Shown one piece after another: positions 29,675-39,021 of a stretch of 64,000 bases of DNA (its first letter is position 1; the number at the start of each line of letters is the position of its first letter). A model generated the notes under the pieces. The model had not been told where the DNA came from. It worked only from the letters and a program-made list of their open reading frames with translations, and ran no database searches. Position numbers and translations under genes: made by a program. The stretch comes from a virus (lineage: Duplodnaviria > Caudoviricetes). Location of the stretch: the IMG/VR virus record IMGVR_UViG_3300031555_004297. The stretch is one strand, 5' to 3'.

Positions 29675-30508
29675 ATGGGCGCATATAATATGTTTACAGA
29701 CCTTAAGACTCCTAGAGATCTTACGCAGTATACGCTGTTCCGTGGTACTACGGACTTTTCTCAGCTTCAGCAGTTTGATCTCTTTGAGAGCGGCTACCCC
29801 TATCTTATCGTCGTTTCTGTTCCGGACTTCTTGTCTAAGATGGCAGAGCGTGATCAGGATGTAGCTAAGTTGCTTGCTAACTACGTTCACATTCTCGAGT
29901 ATGAGTTCCGTGGATTCCAGTCTGGTCTTGAGAACCTTACTGGTGAGACATCGGCTATTAATAACGGCTTCAGCGATATGAACGTTATTACTAAGACGAC
30001 TGGTCAGTCTGCTCAGACTTTCTCTATGAACTATTATGAGAAGTCTGGTTCGACTCTTACGAAGATGCATGAGCTCTATCTGAGATCTATCAGAGACCCC
30101 GGTACCGGCCTTAAGCACTATAATGGCTTGATTGGCTTCGGTGATGACAACATTAAGCCTAATGAGGCTGGCTTCCATAAGGAATGCTTCAGCTTCCTCT
30201 ACATCCACACTGATAACACTGGTATGCTTGTAGAAAATGCTACTTATATCGTTGGCGCTATGCCTACGAGCTCGGAGCTTTCTATCTACAATGGTGTAAA
30301 GGGTGATGTTCAGTTCCATGAGATCGCTGCTGAATTCTCCGGATTCCCGATCAGAGGTAAGGCTGTTAATGCACGTGCAACTGCAATCCTTAACTGGATG
30401 AACTCTGCAGCCAACAGCAAGATGGTACAGCGTAACAGCTGGAACTACGAGTATGCTGGTACTGCCGATACTGGAGTTGGACTTGCTCAGAGCAAGCTTA
30501 CTAAGTGA
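29675..30508 (+). CDS. Probable tail tube protein
   Basis: 277 aa directly after sheath; tube-like beta pattern. Confidence 0.7.
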   Translation: MGAYNMFTDLKTPRDLTQYTLFRGTTDFSQLQQFDLFESGYPYLIVVSVPDFLSKMAERDQDVAKLLANYVHILEYEFRGFQSGLENLTGETSAINNGFSDMNVITKTTGQSAQTFSMNYYEKSGSTLTKMHELYLRSIRDPGTGLKHYNGLIGFGDDNIKPNEAGFHKECFSFLYIHTDNTGMLVENATYIVGAMPTSSELSIYNGVKGDVQFHEIAAEFSGFPIRGKAVNARATAILNWMNSAANSKMVQRNSWNYEYAGTADTGVGLAQSKLTK

Positions 30509-30524
30509 TAATATAAATGAAATA

Positions 30525-30556
30525 AGAAGGCTACGGAATTTCCGTAGCCTTCTTTA
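30525..30556. terminator. Bidirectional terminator
   Basis: AGAAGGCTACGGAA/TTCCGTAGCCTTCT stem. Confidence 0.75.
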
Positions 30557-30562
30557 ATTTGC

Positions 30563-32995
30563 TTAATAACCGTAATTGTCTCCGCCATCATTATTATCTG
30601 CATGAGACTCGCCTTTATTAGTCTCTGTAAGCATCTTTGCTCTATCAAGGATATCTTTGTGAGCTGTGGTATTGAGATGTGTTCCAAGATAATACTTAAA
30701 GAGCTCTCTGCTATAAGTAGCTTTAAGCTTTTCATCTTCTTCATCTGCCATTTCTACATCTACCAAGGACTGCACAAAGTTTCTTGTATTATCTACAAGC
30801 TGGTTTGTATTAGTAATATTGATAAATGTAGGGGGTGGGAGAGTAACCCTCATATCAATAGACTCATTGTACTCATAGTTATATACAGGAACAAGGAATT
30901 CTCTAAGAAGATCCTGATAGAGTTCTTGTCTCTTATAACAGAATCTCAAGACCTTACTAGAAGACATTGTAAGCTGCATAGCATAATCTACAGATTGACG
31001 AGCTTGAATAATCTCAATCGGAATGCCTGTGCTATTAATAGCCATCTCCTCGAGAGCATCCATAAGTTCAGTAGGAGTCTCTATATTCTGACCAGGCATG
31101 ATCTCAAACTGAATAGGAGCCTCGCCAGATGCACTAGTCGGAATAACGAAATCGTTAAATCTACCAGTAATGTTTAGAATATTATTAATATTCTGGAACT
31201 GTCTAATACCAAAGTTTCCTTGCTTAATCTGAGAAATAGTATTGAGCAATGTCTGAGCAATATTTGTATCTACAGTCTGCTTTACATAGTATACTCTCTT
31301 GTCCTGTCCTCTTGTAAGAGTACCAATAGAGGTTGTAATATACAGGCTGGAGTAAATCTTTCCAGGGATAAGGGCTTTATCTAGATCAGAAATGCCTCTA
31401 TGTGTAATAGGATCTTGTCTAAAATAGAAGTGAACCATATCCTCCGGAGGAACAAATGTAACTTTAATTCTATCAATTGAAGGAGTATTAAAGAGATCAT
31501 TATACTTAAGAATCATATAAATCTCTTTAGCAATATCCTGATTAGAATTAACAAACTGCTTATCGATAAATTTCGACAATTGACCAGCAACATATTTAAT
31601 TATCTGATCTTGGCGCTGATTGTCTACAGTATTAAATGCCGTACGATGATCGCCACGCATATTTGTAAGCGGATCACCAAGAATATTCTTGAATCCCATG
31701 AATGACTCAGAATCATCCATAGTTCTTAACTCAAAGAAATAGTAACCCATGCAAAGATCTTCAATATAAATCGGAACTACATGATCTCTAGGAAGCTTCT
31801 TAATAACACATCCAGGAGCACGAACTTTTACAGGCTCGAGTCTCTTACCAGTAACAAGACCATCATTAGCAATGATTCTTGTGTCTTTACGGTCTGCCCC
31901 AATATTGATATTTCCTTTAGCTTCCATATTACTATTATCAGCCTCTGAGAAGAATTTAGCAGCCTGTTCGGTTTGAACAAGAGAGTTCTCGCTAAGTCTT
32001 TCTCTCTTCTTAATTCCGCTTTGAGTATTTCTTACAGCTGATTCAATAATATTAGAACGACAAATCTCGACAGCGATATTAAAGCTCTCATTCTTATTAA
32101 GAATAGGGCTTGTAACAAGTTTACCATCAGGAGCCGCATTGCTTTTACCAGAAGGGGTAGTAACTGCCTCACTAATAATCACAGCACTTTCCTGCTGAAT
32201 ATGAGCATTGGTGGTAATATCAATAAATTCAGATGCAGATTCTTTCATCGTAAAGAGGAAAAGCTCACTGTCGCTTTGCTGTTCATCTACTCCTTCCTTT
32301 AGAGAGCCAGGAGCAATAAGTTGAGTATCAGGTTTAGTTGCTAGTAACCTTCCTATTGCGGCTGAAAGCGGTACTCTATAAATAAACTTTTCTCCATATT
32401 TAGACATATCTTCATAGATTTCTTCTACAAGCTGCGGAAGCTTGTATTTTCTCTTAAGATCTGCAATTCTTTCGTTAAATGTACTTGTAGTTGTATTATC
32501 AGTAACCCCAATCGGAATAAGATTGAGGAAATCTTTAGAAAAGTGGTCAGCCGAAAGGACGCAATCTTTCTGCACTTGCAGTGCTTCTTCGAGCTTGGGC
32601 ATGTATTTACAAACAGTATCAATCTCGTTATCAAGTTCTTTAAGATAACGATTACTCATAAACATGCCATACAGATCGTCTGTCATAAGACCATTATCAA
32701 ACATGGTCTCAAGAGAATCCGTAATATCTTTCTCACTCTTATTAGAAGCAGCAATTCTAGAATACAACTTAGAAACACTGGGCATTCCATAGATATCCAT
32801 ATTTCTATTAACGATATTATCAATATTGTCGTTGATTCTAGCTGTAAGGTCCTTAATATCTTTACTCGACTGAGGATTAGCCATATATGTATTTCTATAT
32901 AGCCCGTCTACGTTATCAGAAACACCCTGCATAATAGCCGCTATACGCCTATTAGCTTTCTTGGTTTCTTTATCATTTCTTGCCATAAACTTCAC
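30563..32995 (-). CDS. Portal protein (T4 gp20-like, jumbo type)
   Basis: 810 aa; ISDLDKA...TLTRGQDKRVYYV, DFVIP...FEIMPGQ and TGIP match portal stem/clip motifs; late promoter 33027-33038. Confidence 0.75.
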   Translation of the reverse strand: MKFMARNDKETKKANRRIAAIMQGVSDNVDGLYRNTYMANPQSSKDIKDLTARINDNIDNIVNRNMDIYGMPSVSKLYSRIAASNKSEKDITDSLETMFDNGLMTDDLYGMFMSNRYLKELDNEIDTVCKYMPKLEEALQVQKDCVLSADHFSKDFLNLIPIGVTDNTTTSTFNERIADLKRKYKLPQLVEEIYEDMSKYGEKFIYRVPLSAAIGRLLATKPDTQLIAPGSLKEGVDEQQSDSELFLFTMKESASEFIDITTNAHIQQESAVIISEAVTTPSGKSNAAPDGKLVTSPILNKNESFNIAVEICRSNIIESAVRNTQSGIKKRERLSENSLVQTEQAAKFFSEADNSNMEAKGNINIGADRKDTRIIANDGLVTGKRLEPVKVRAPGCVIKKLPRDHVVPIYIEDLCMGYYFFELRTMDDSESFMGFKNILGDPLTNMRGDHRTAFNTVDNQRQDQIIKYVAGQLSKFIDKQFVNSNQDIAKEIYMILKYNDLFNTPSIDRIKVTFVPPEDMVHFYFRQDPITHRGISDLDKALIPGKIYSSLYITTSIGTLTRGQDKRVYYVKQTVDTNIAQTLLNTISQIKQGNFGIRQFQNINNILNITGRFNDFVIPTSASGEAPIQFEIMPGQNIETPTELMDALEEMAINSTGIPIEIIQARQSVDYAMQLTMSSSKVLRFCYKRQELYQDLLREFLVPVYNYEYNESIDMRVTLPPPTFINITNTNQLVDNTRNFVQSLVDVEMADEEDEKLKATYSRELFKYYLGTHLNTTAHKDILDRAKMLTETNKGESHADNNDGGDNYGY

Positions 32996-33099
32996 CTCAC
33001 TATAATTTATTTCATCGAATGATAATTATATAGATGTTGCAGGCATTATAACACAAAAAATAAAGACGCTCTGGACCAGGTCGGCCCAGAGCGGCATCT

Positions 33100-33900
33100 T
33101 TAGATCATATTTATATACATACAGTGTATTTTCTCTTGGAAAGCTACACCATAAGTATTAAACGTTAGTGGGTTCTTCTTTTTCTTAGGTCTGAATGTTG
33201 CCATAAACAAATTCTTTTCATATGCATCAAATCTTATATCAATTTCGAGAGTATCAGCTTTGGCTAACGAGAATAATCCTTTAAAGATATAGAAGACAAT
33301 ATCTTTATCTCCTATTTTTAACTTACAAGCATTTCTTCCCATAGCTGTTTTGCCATCATACGTTTTACGAACAATAGGATCTTGTTCCATATTTTGAAAA
33401 GTTATTGGCGGAAGTAGTCTAGATTGTCTAAGAAGTAGCCCTTCAAGTTGATTCAAGAAATTCTGCATCAGAAAGTCATCTTCATATCTAATTTTAGAAG
33501 TATGAATCTGTTGAATAGGCTGATTCGTTGTCTTATCGATTAAAAGAAATGATTCTGTATCAGAACTATATTCAGCCTTGATATCTCCTCCTCGATACAT
33601 ATCCCAATAATAAGCTGGTAAAATAGTCCAACTAAAATCAGCTGGTATAAAGAAGTTTCCATCACCCTCTAATAACTCTTTAGGAATCATATCTAATCTA
33701 AACATCAAATCTGTATTTACAAGAAAAGGGACATCTATCTCATGAATACAACATCCGTCATCTGATGCCCCATAAAGTTTATTGGTTCTCTGCAATAGTA
33801 TAAACATCTGACATTTACTACACTTTGCCAGATCGCATATATATAGAAAGTCCTTAATTGGTATCAATTCAGAAGAGCTGGTTTGGATGTTGACTAGCAT
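33100..33900 (-). CDS. Hypothetical protein
   Basis: ATG 33900 after GGAGG, overlapping the end of the polymerase gene. Confidence 0.75.
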   Translation of the reverse strand: MLVNIQTSSSELIPIKDFLYICDLAKCSKCQMFILLQRTNKLYGASDDGCCIHEIDVPFLVNTDLMFRLDMIPKELLEGDGNFFIPADFSWTILPAYYWDMYRGGDIKAEYSSDTESFLLIDKTTNQPIQQIHTSKIRYEDDFLMQNFLNQLEGLLLRQSRLLPPITFQNMEQDPIVRKTYDGKTAMGRNACKLKIGDKDIVFYIFKGLFSLAKADTLEIDIRFDAYEKNLFMATFRPKKKKNPLTFNTYGVAFQEKIHCMYINMI

Positions 33901-36900
33901 ATTTCCTCCATTTCTCCCAAGCTTCAAGATCGGGCTGTATATAAACATCTCTAATAGCGCAAGGATCATTATTAACATCGAAAATCATAGGCTCATAAAG
34001 TAACTTAGGATTTTCAAATACCATAGGCTCAAAGAGGCCTTCTCTATTATAGAATCTAAGCCCATTATAGGCATTCATCTTCGTCATAAAGAATTCCTCA
34101 ATCTCATGATATAGAGTCTGATAGTCTGCAAGATGCAACCAACGAGAATTGATCTCGAGCCATACTTGAGATATCATATCTTCAGTAAATGCTCCAGCTC
34201 TTGTCCAACGGTCATCGAGCTTGCATCTATTTTCTTTATCATGAACTTTATTAGGAATATCAATCATACCAATTTGAGTATGAGGTGCTATATTAAACTG
34301 TCTTATTACAGAAGGATACAAACTTGCATACATATTTCTTCATATAAGGTCGTTACTCTTATACCGCCTCCTATCTAGAGACTGCTGTATATTACTATAC
34401 AGATGAGACTATATCTTTACCTTATTCAGGTACTCCCCATTTCCACTCACTTGAGTGTACTCCCTTTCGGGATAGTCGTTGAACCTTAAAATTTATAGTT
34501 TTTGGAAATTCTTGTATAATGCGTTTTCGTATATACTTTTCTTAATGTATCAATGCAACTTTTTGGATTTTCGAATCCACAGTCTTTTGCTGCAATTTCA
34601 ACATAAGTTTTAATTCCCATATTTTCTGGCTTTGGGTTTGCTTGAAAGTATTTACATAGTGTGACTATTTGCTCATCAGAATATTTTCTTCCTTCTCGAT
34701 GCTCAAAACTGCAATCTAAAGTAAGATGCTTCCAACTTTCCTTTTTCTTTATAGAATTTACTATGTTTTCACTAATTCCGAGAATTTGTGCAATTTCTTT
34801 ACACATATATCTTCCAGACTTAAGCATTTCAACAACTTCTTTAGCTTGTTCTTCAGAAATTGTTGTAATAGGAATATGCAGTCTTGTTCTATATGCATGC
34901 AATATATTCTCAGATCTAGTAGCCCATTCAAGATTCCATTCTGTATTTTCAAATTTATTGCCATTAAGATGATTTGCCTGATATAAATAATCATTCTCGA
35001 TTGGCTTAAATACCTTTAAGACTAATCTATTAAGTTGTACTATTTTTGGTCCATTACAAGTTGATAGTACTATAAATAGATATCCACTAGTCTCTAGTCC
35101 GGGCTTCATAATAATTTCTAAATATCTATGATATACACGTCCATAATTTGATATCATATAGTATGGATATACTCCAGGAACGTGATCATTTGTTATATAT
35201 TCAAACTTTTCACCAGGTTGTAATATTGATGGATTTATTACATCCATTGCAATTTGAAGTTTATATTTCATAATTTGCCCTCTTTCTATAAATTTTCTTG
35301 GCTGCTGATTGTCCAAGATTCATAATTATATTATATAATTATGCCGTAAATTAATGAATTTACATCTTGGAGTTTCCAGCAATTAAAGGAGTTTTCACTA
35401 ACAAATTTCTCTGCTAGGCGACTATATTTAGTTTATCGAAGTCATCCAAGTTATCAAATACGTCAATCAATCTTCCATAAATTTTCAGTTTACTATAACC
35501 ATTAAGTTTCAACGGGTCGGCAACAAAGGCCCCGGGAAACTTTTCTGTAGGTTTCTCGTTAAACTTATTTACATTATTACCCATTATAAATCCATCCTTC
35601 TCAAACTCCTTAACCCCTCGATTGGTTAGGTATACAGTCTGACGATGGGTCTTTGAATAACGAGTGTTATTAATATTACATTTGCTAAAGACATAGTTTA
35701 TATCTTGTGTCATAGCCTCAATGCAATACTGAACAATTGTATCCATGATATTATAGAATACAAAAGTCTTATAGTCTTTATAAGGAAGCTCGGCGATATT
35801 AGTTGTAATATGCTTATAATCGAGCTTTCTAACTTTCGCAATAGCTTCACCTATGAAATCCAGAGTAAAGGAATGGAACTTAGTCTGTCCTTTACGTCTA
35901 GATGCAAAGTGTATCATCTGATCCAAAAATACCGAATATGAAGAAATCAATGCAAAGTCGCCACGTTCAGCAAATTCACTTTTCATTCTTTCATCTACGA
36001 AATATTCTGCAACTTTATTTTTGAAATCTTGATGACATACGATATCACAAGGATCATATCCAAGTCTTTGAATACGTGATAATACATAGGGAACGTCGAA
36101 TCCCATATTCCATGCCAATACGAAATCTGGCTGAAATGTATTGATAGCATTGAATAGATCTTTAATCAGATTAATTTCATCATCTTCATCATAAAAAAGA
36201 AAGTTGTAATTGAAATTAATATTATACTTCGCCGCCATCTCGGGTCCACCGACGGCTTGAATTACAAATGCTTGTAATTCTGGAAAGATGGATCCATTAT
36301 TTACCTGCTCCTCAAATTCTGCAATAAGAGGATTTGCTTTATTCCTTAAAAGGAATACATAAACTTGTTGTTGATCTTGTAAGATTAAAGATACTGCATT
36401 AATAGGACACTCTCCTGGTTGTGGGAAGTCGCCCATCATATTAATAGAATCAACCTCGATATCGAAGAAGGATTTAGATATCGAACAAGGCTCATTCTGA
36501 TACATTTTTCCGAATCTAAATCTATAGTGATCTTCAATATTCATATCACTATTAAAGATATCCGGATGCGTATGAAGTTTTCTATTTGCAGTTCTGTTTC
36601 CATTCTTGATATTTTCAAAGAAGAAATCGAGATTTCCTGTACGCTTTGCTATATCTTTCTCAAGCTCATTATAAGGTACCGTAACTGTCTCAACATCTTC
36701 TTTATCAATAAATAATCTCGGATAAGTAGTCCTCTTATCCGACTTAGCAACATAATACTCATACTCAGGATTTATGATCTCTTCTACATGTTTTATTCCA
36801 GTATCACAATCCTTATAAACTAGTGTCAGATATTCTTTATACTTATTATCTTTTGGATCGGTTCTTCTAAAGAACATGGTATTCATGATCGTTATATTGG

Positions 36901-36934
36901 AACCAGGTTCTCTTCCTTTAATCATATAAATCAT
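33869..36934 (-). CDS. polB: Family B DNA polymerase, exonuclease plus motif A subunit; spliced join(36934..35435,34330..33869), about 653 aa
   Basis: ExoI FFDIEVD, ExoII WNMGFDVPY, ExoIII YNIMD, FPGAFVADP; splicing restores motif A DFDYASLYPS. Confidence 0.9.
34331..35434 (-). mobile_element. Group I intron in DNA polymerase motif A
   Basis: Exon ends CGAT and pairs with GTCG; P AATTGCTGGAAA, Q AATCAGCAG, R GTTCAACGACTA, S AAGATATAGTC; terminal G at 34331. Confidence 0.92.
34486..35271 (-). CDS. Intron-encoded HNH homing endonuclease
   Basis: YMISNYGRV, LNRLVL...ANHLNGNKFENTEWNLEWATRSENILHA; ATG 35271 after AGAAAGAGGG. Confidence 0.88.
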   Translation of the reverse strand: MKYKLQIAMDVINPSILQPGEKFEYITNDHVPGVYPYYMISNYGRVYHRYLEIIMKPGLETSGYLFIVLSTCNGPKIVQLNRLVLKVFKPIENDYLYQANHLNGNKFENTEWNLEWATRSENILHAYRTRLHIPITTISEEQAKEVVEMLKSGRYMCKEIAQILGISENIVNSIKKKESWKHLTLDCSFEHREGRKYSDEQIVTLCKYFQANPKPENMGIKTYVEIAAKDCGFENPKSCIDTLRKVYTKTHYTRISKNYKF

Positions 36935-37014
36935 CCTTTCTGCAAATTATACGACTAAATTATTTAATAATTTGTTTTCGTCACAATTATAATATACATT
37001 CAACCTTTATTTTA

Positions 37015-37122
37015 AGTAAAAGATCAGAGAGACGGCGCATCGACCGTCTCTCTTTTCCCTCTGGCGAGATAGAAAAATAAAGGAAAAACATTCACCAATT
37101 TCCCATTCATGGATCATGCTTT
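37015..37122 (-). ncRNA. Candidate small RNA
   Basis: AACA-TAAATT-TA promoter 37122-37133, TTTCCTTT tract, terminator stem 37026-37052, no ORF. Confidence 0.35.
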
Positions 37123-37179
37123 AAATTTATGTTTATGGCGTTATCAATTAATACTAGAACATTTTAAATAATAGTATTT

Positions 37180-38178
37180 ATGGAGGTTTATATCATGGAC
37201 TATTTCAAAAGTTTTGTTAAAGCTTCTGAAGATGATGAAGCTATTGTACCCATGGCATCTGAAGGAATCGGTGTAAATTTTGGATTCTTTCTTAGCGATG
37301 ATGCTAGTAAAATTAATTCTGGAAACACCCCTGGTGGTGGAGAAGATAAAAAGAAAAGCAGTAAAAAGTCCGTTACCGTAAGCGGTAAAGAAGTGGTTGA
37401 ACGCGCTGCAGCTGGTGGAGTTGTTAATAATAATCCGGCAGTTAATGTAGAGACTGTAGACTATGCTCAGACATATACAGAAACCAATGCACTTATTAAA
37501 GGAGCCATTGCTCAGGCAGATGAACTTAGCATGGATATTAAGAGAGATATCGATGAGATCCGTGCAAGCAAAACGCTTAAGGGCAAGTATACGTATATTA
37601 CAAACCTTACATCTTCTGCAAGTTCTCTTCTTAGCACAAAGATCTCTGCTATTAAGGAATTGAATAGTACTATTACTCAGGGTCATAATCTCGAACTTAA
37701 TCGTATGAAAGCTCTTAAGCTCGATGCTCAGAAAGAAGGTAATGATGATATGAGAATTATGGATATGTATTCTGCATTCATCAATACTCCTGTTGGAAGT
37801 TATACTCCTGCTGTACCTAGTATTCAGGATATTACCCTTGGAGTTAACTCTCAGACTGGTGGAGTAACTCCTGTAGAAATGTCTGCTCCTAACGGTGTTG
37901 GTGGGGCTCCTTTAACTCCTGAGCAGAACCGTATGCTTATGGAATCTAATCCAAATATTCAGGTTGTTGTAAGATACAATCAGACAACTGGTCAACGTGC
38001 ATTTGATGTTGTTGATAGAACTACTGGTGTGAGTGTTCCTAACTATCCTTGTCCAGATGCATTCTTGCTTGAGGATACAACTATCGATGTGCACGCTGGC
38101 ATTGCAAGAAACAGAAATGTTAATGCAGTATGGCCTCTTATGGTTGAAGGTTCAAATGCATTTGTTACAGAATATTAA
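37180..38178 (+). CDS. Hypothetical protein with central coiled coil
   Basis: About 330 aa (start likely 37195 after GGAGG); terminator 38186-38219. Confidence 0.8.
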   Translation: MEVYIMDYFKSFVKASEDDEAIVPMASEGIGVNFGFFLSDDASKINSGNTPGGGEDKKKSSKKSVTVSGKEVVERAAAGGVVNNNPAVNVETVDYAQTYTETNALIKGAIAQADELSMDIKRDIDEIRASKTLKGKYTYITNLTSSASSLLSTKISAIKELNSTITQGHNLELNRMKALKLDAQKEGNDDMRIMDMYSAFINTPVGSYTPAVPSIQDITLGVNSQTGGVTPVEMSAPNGVGGAPLTPEQNRMLMESNPNIQVVVRYNQTTGQRAFDVVDRTTGVSVPNYPCPDAFLLEDTTIDVHAGIARNRNVNAVWPLMVEGSNAFVTEY

Positions 38179-38179
38179 A

Positions 38180-38585
38180 AAATCAAGATCCAGAGGTTTT
38201 ATCCTCTGGATCTCTTTTTGTTGGCTTAGGGTGACGCCTCATAATTAGAATAAAGCCAATTCTAATTACTGCGACTGCGTCCTTTCGATCAAAATTTGGT
38301 AAAGGAAGTAAATCATCCCTCTGGATAGACAAAAGATCATTTGAACTGATCGACAGATAAACATATGATTCAATACATCTAATGTCAAGGTAGCGGAGCC
38401 ATGGCTCAGTAAAAGTATTGCTATTATTTTTGGAGGGCCGACTTATCGCTTAGAAGCGCGGCGATTATCTTTCGCGATAAATCAAAATGACCATAAAGCA
38501 AAGTGACGCGGGATCGGGCCCGCAAATTCGAGAGAATTCAAATTAATGAACTTATAAAAACGGAAGATCGCTTCCGCTACCTTTT
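38180..38585 (-). ncRNA. Candidate structured ncRNA (about 400 nt)
   Basis: AACT-TTTATG-TA promoter 38585-38596, 11-bp long-range stem 38387-38397/38573-38583, many hairpins, terminator. Confidence 0.5.
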
Positions 38586-38614
38586 ACATAAAAGTTATTT
38601 AAGTAAAAATTTAC

Positions 38615-38950
38615 CAAAAAAAAGAAAGGCACCCTCTGCCTTTCTCCAAAACTCTCACAGGAGTTTTGTCATTGTTTCATGTCGCCATGAAATTGTCTGG
38701 TTATTTTTTTTCATCCATCATAACCGGGTGCACAAAGTGCAATATGATGGAGCTCTTCATATTCGTATCGGGATTTCGATACTACGGGCTTAGCCCAACC
38801 AGTAAACCCGGCTCCCAGGAGCCTTGGCGTGCCTTTTCTACTAGAGACTTCAGCACATTAAGAAGAGTTAATACGCATGCTAATAAATTAAGGAGATAAA
38901 CATGCGTAAGGCAATATTAAAAGAATGAATTGTTACATTCATTCATTATT
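38615..38950 (-). ncRNA. Candidate structured ncRNA (about 330 nt)
   Basis: Early-type promoter 38943-38959, chain of GC-rich hairpins, AGAAAGGCA/TGCCTTTCT terminator with U tract. Confidence 0.5.
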
Positions 38951-39021
38951 ATGATATATACTTAAAAAATATTTTACTAGCGATATGAGAGATAGCTATT
39001 ATAGCTATCTCTCATATCATA

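Noticed and set aside
21064-30319. Long - strand ORFs (21064, 22447, 24623, 27943, 29669)
   Set aside because: Shadows caused by strong NNT codon bias of the structural genes; S/I/L-rich, no RBS
33869-34333. Independent 154-aa gene starting MYASLYPS
   Set aside because: The G of the ATG is the intron terminal G; this is exon 2 of polB
38503-38899. Short + strand ORFs in the 38.2-39.0 kb gap
   Set aside because: No RBS, run across terminators and hairpins; better explained as - strand structured RNAs
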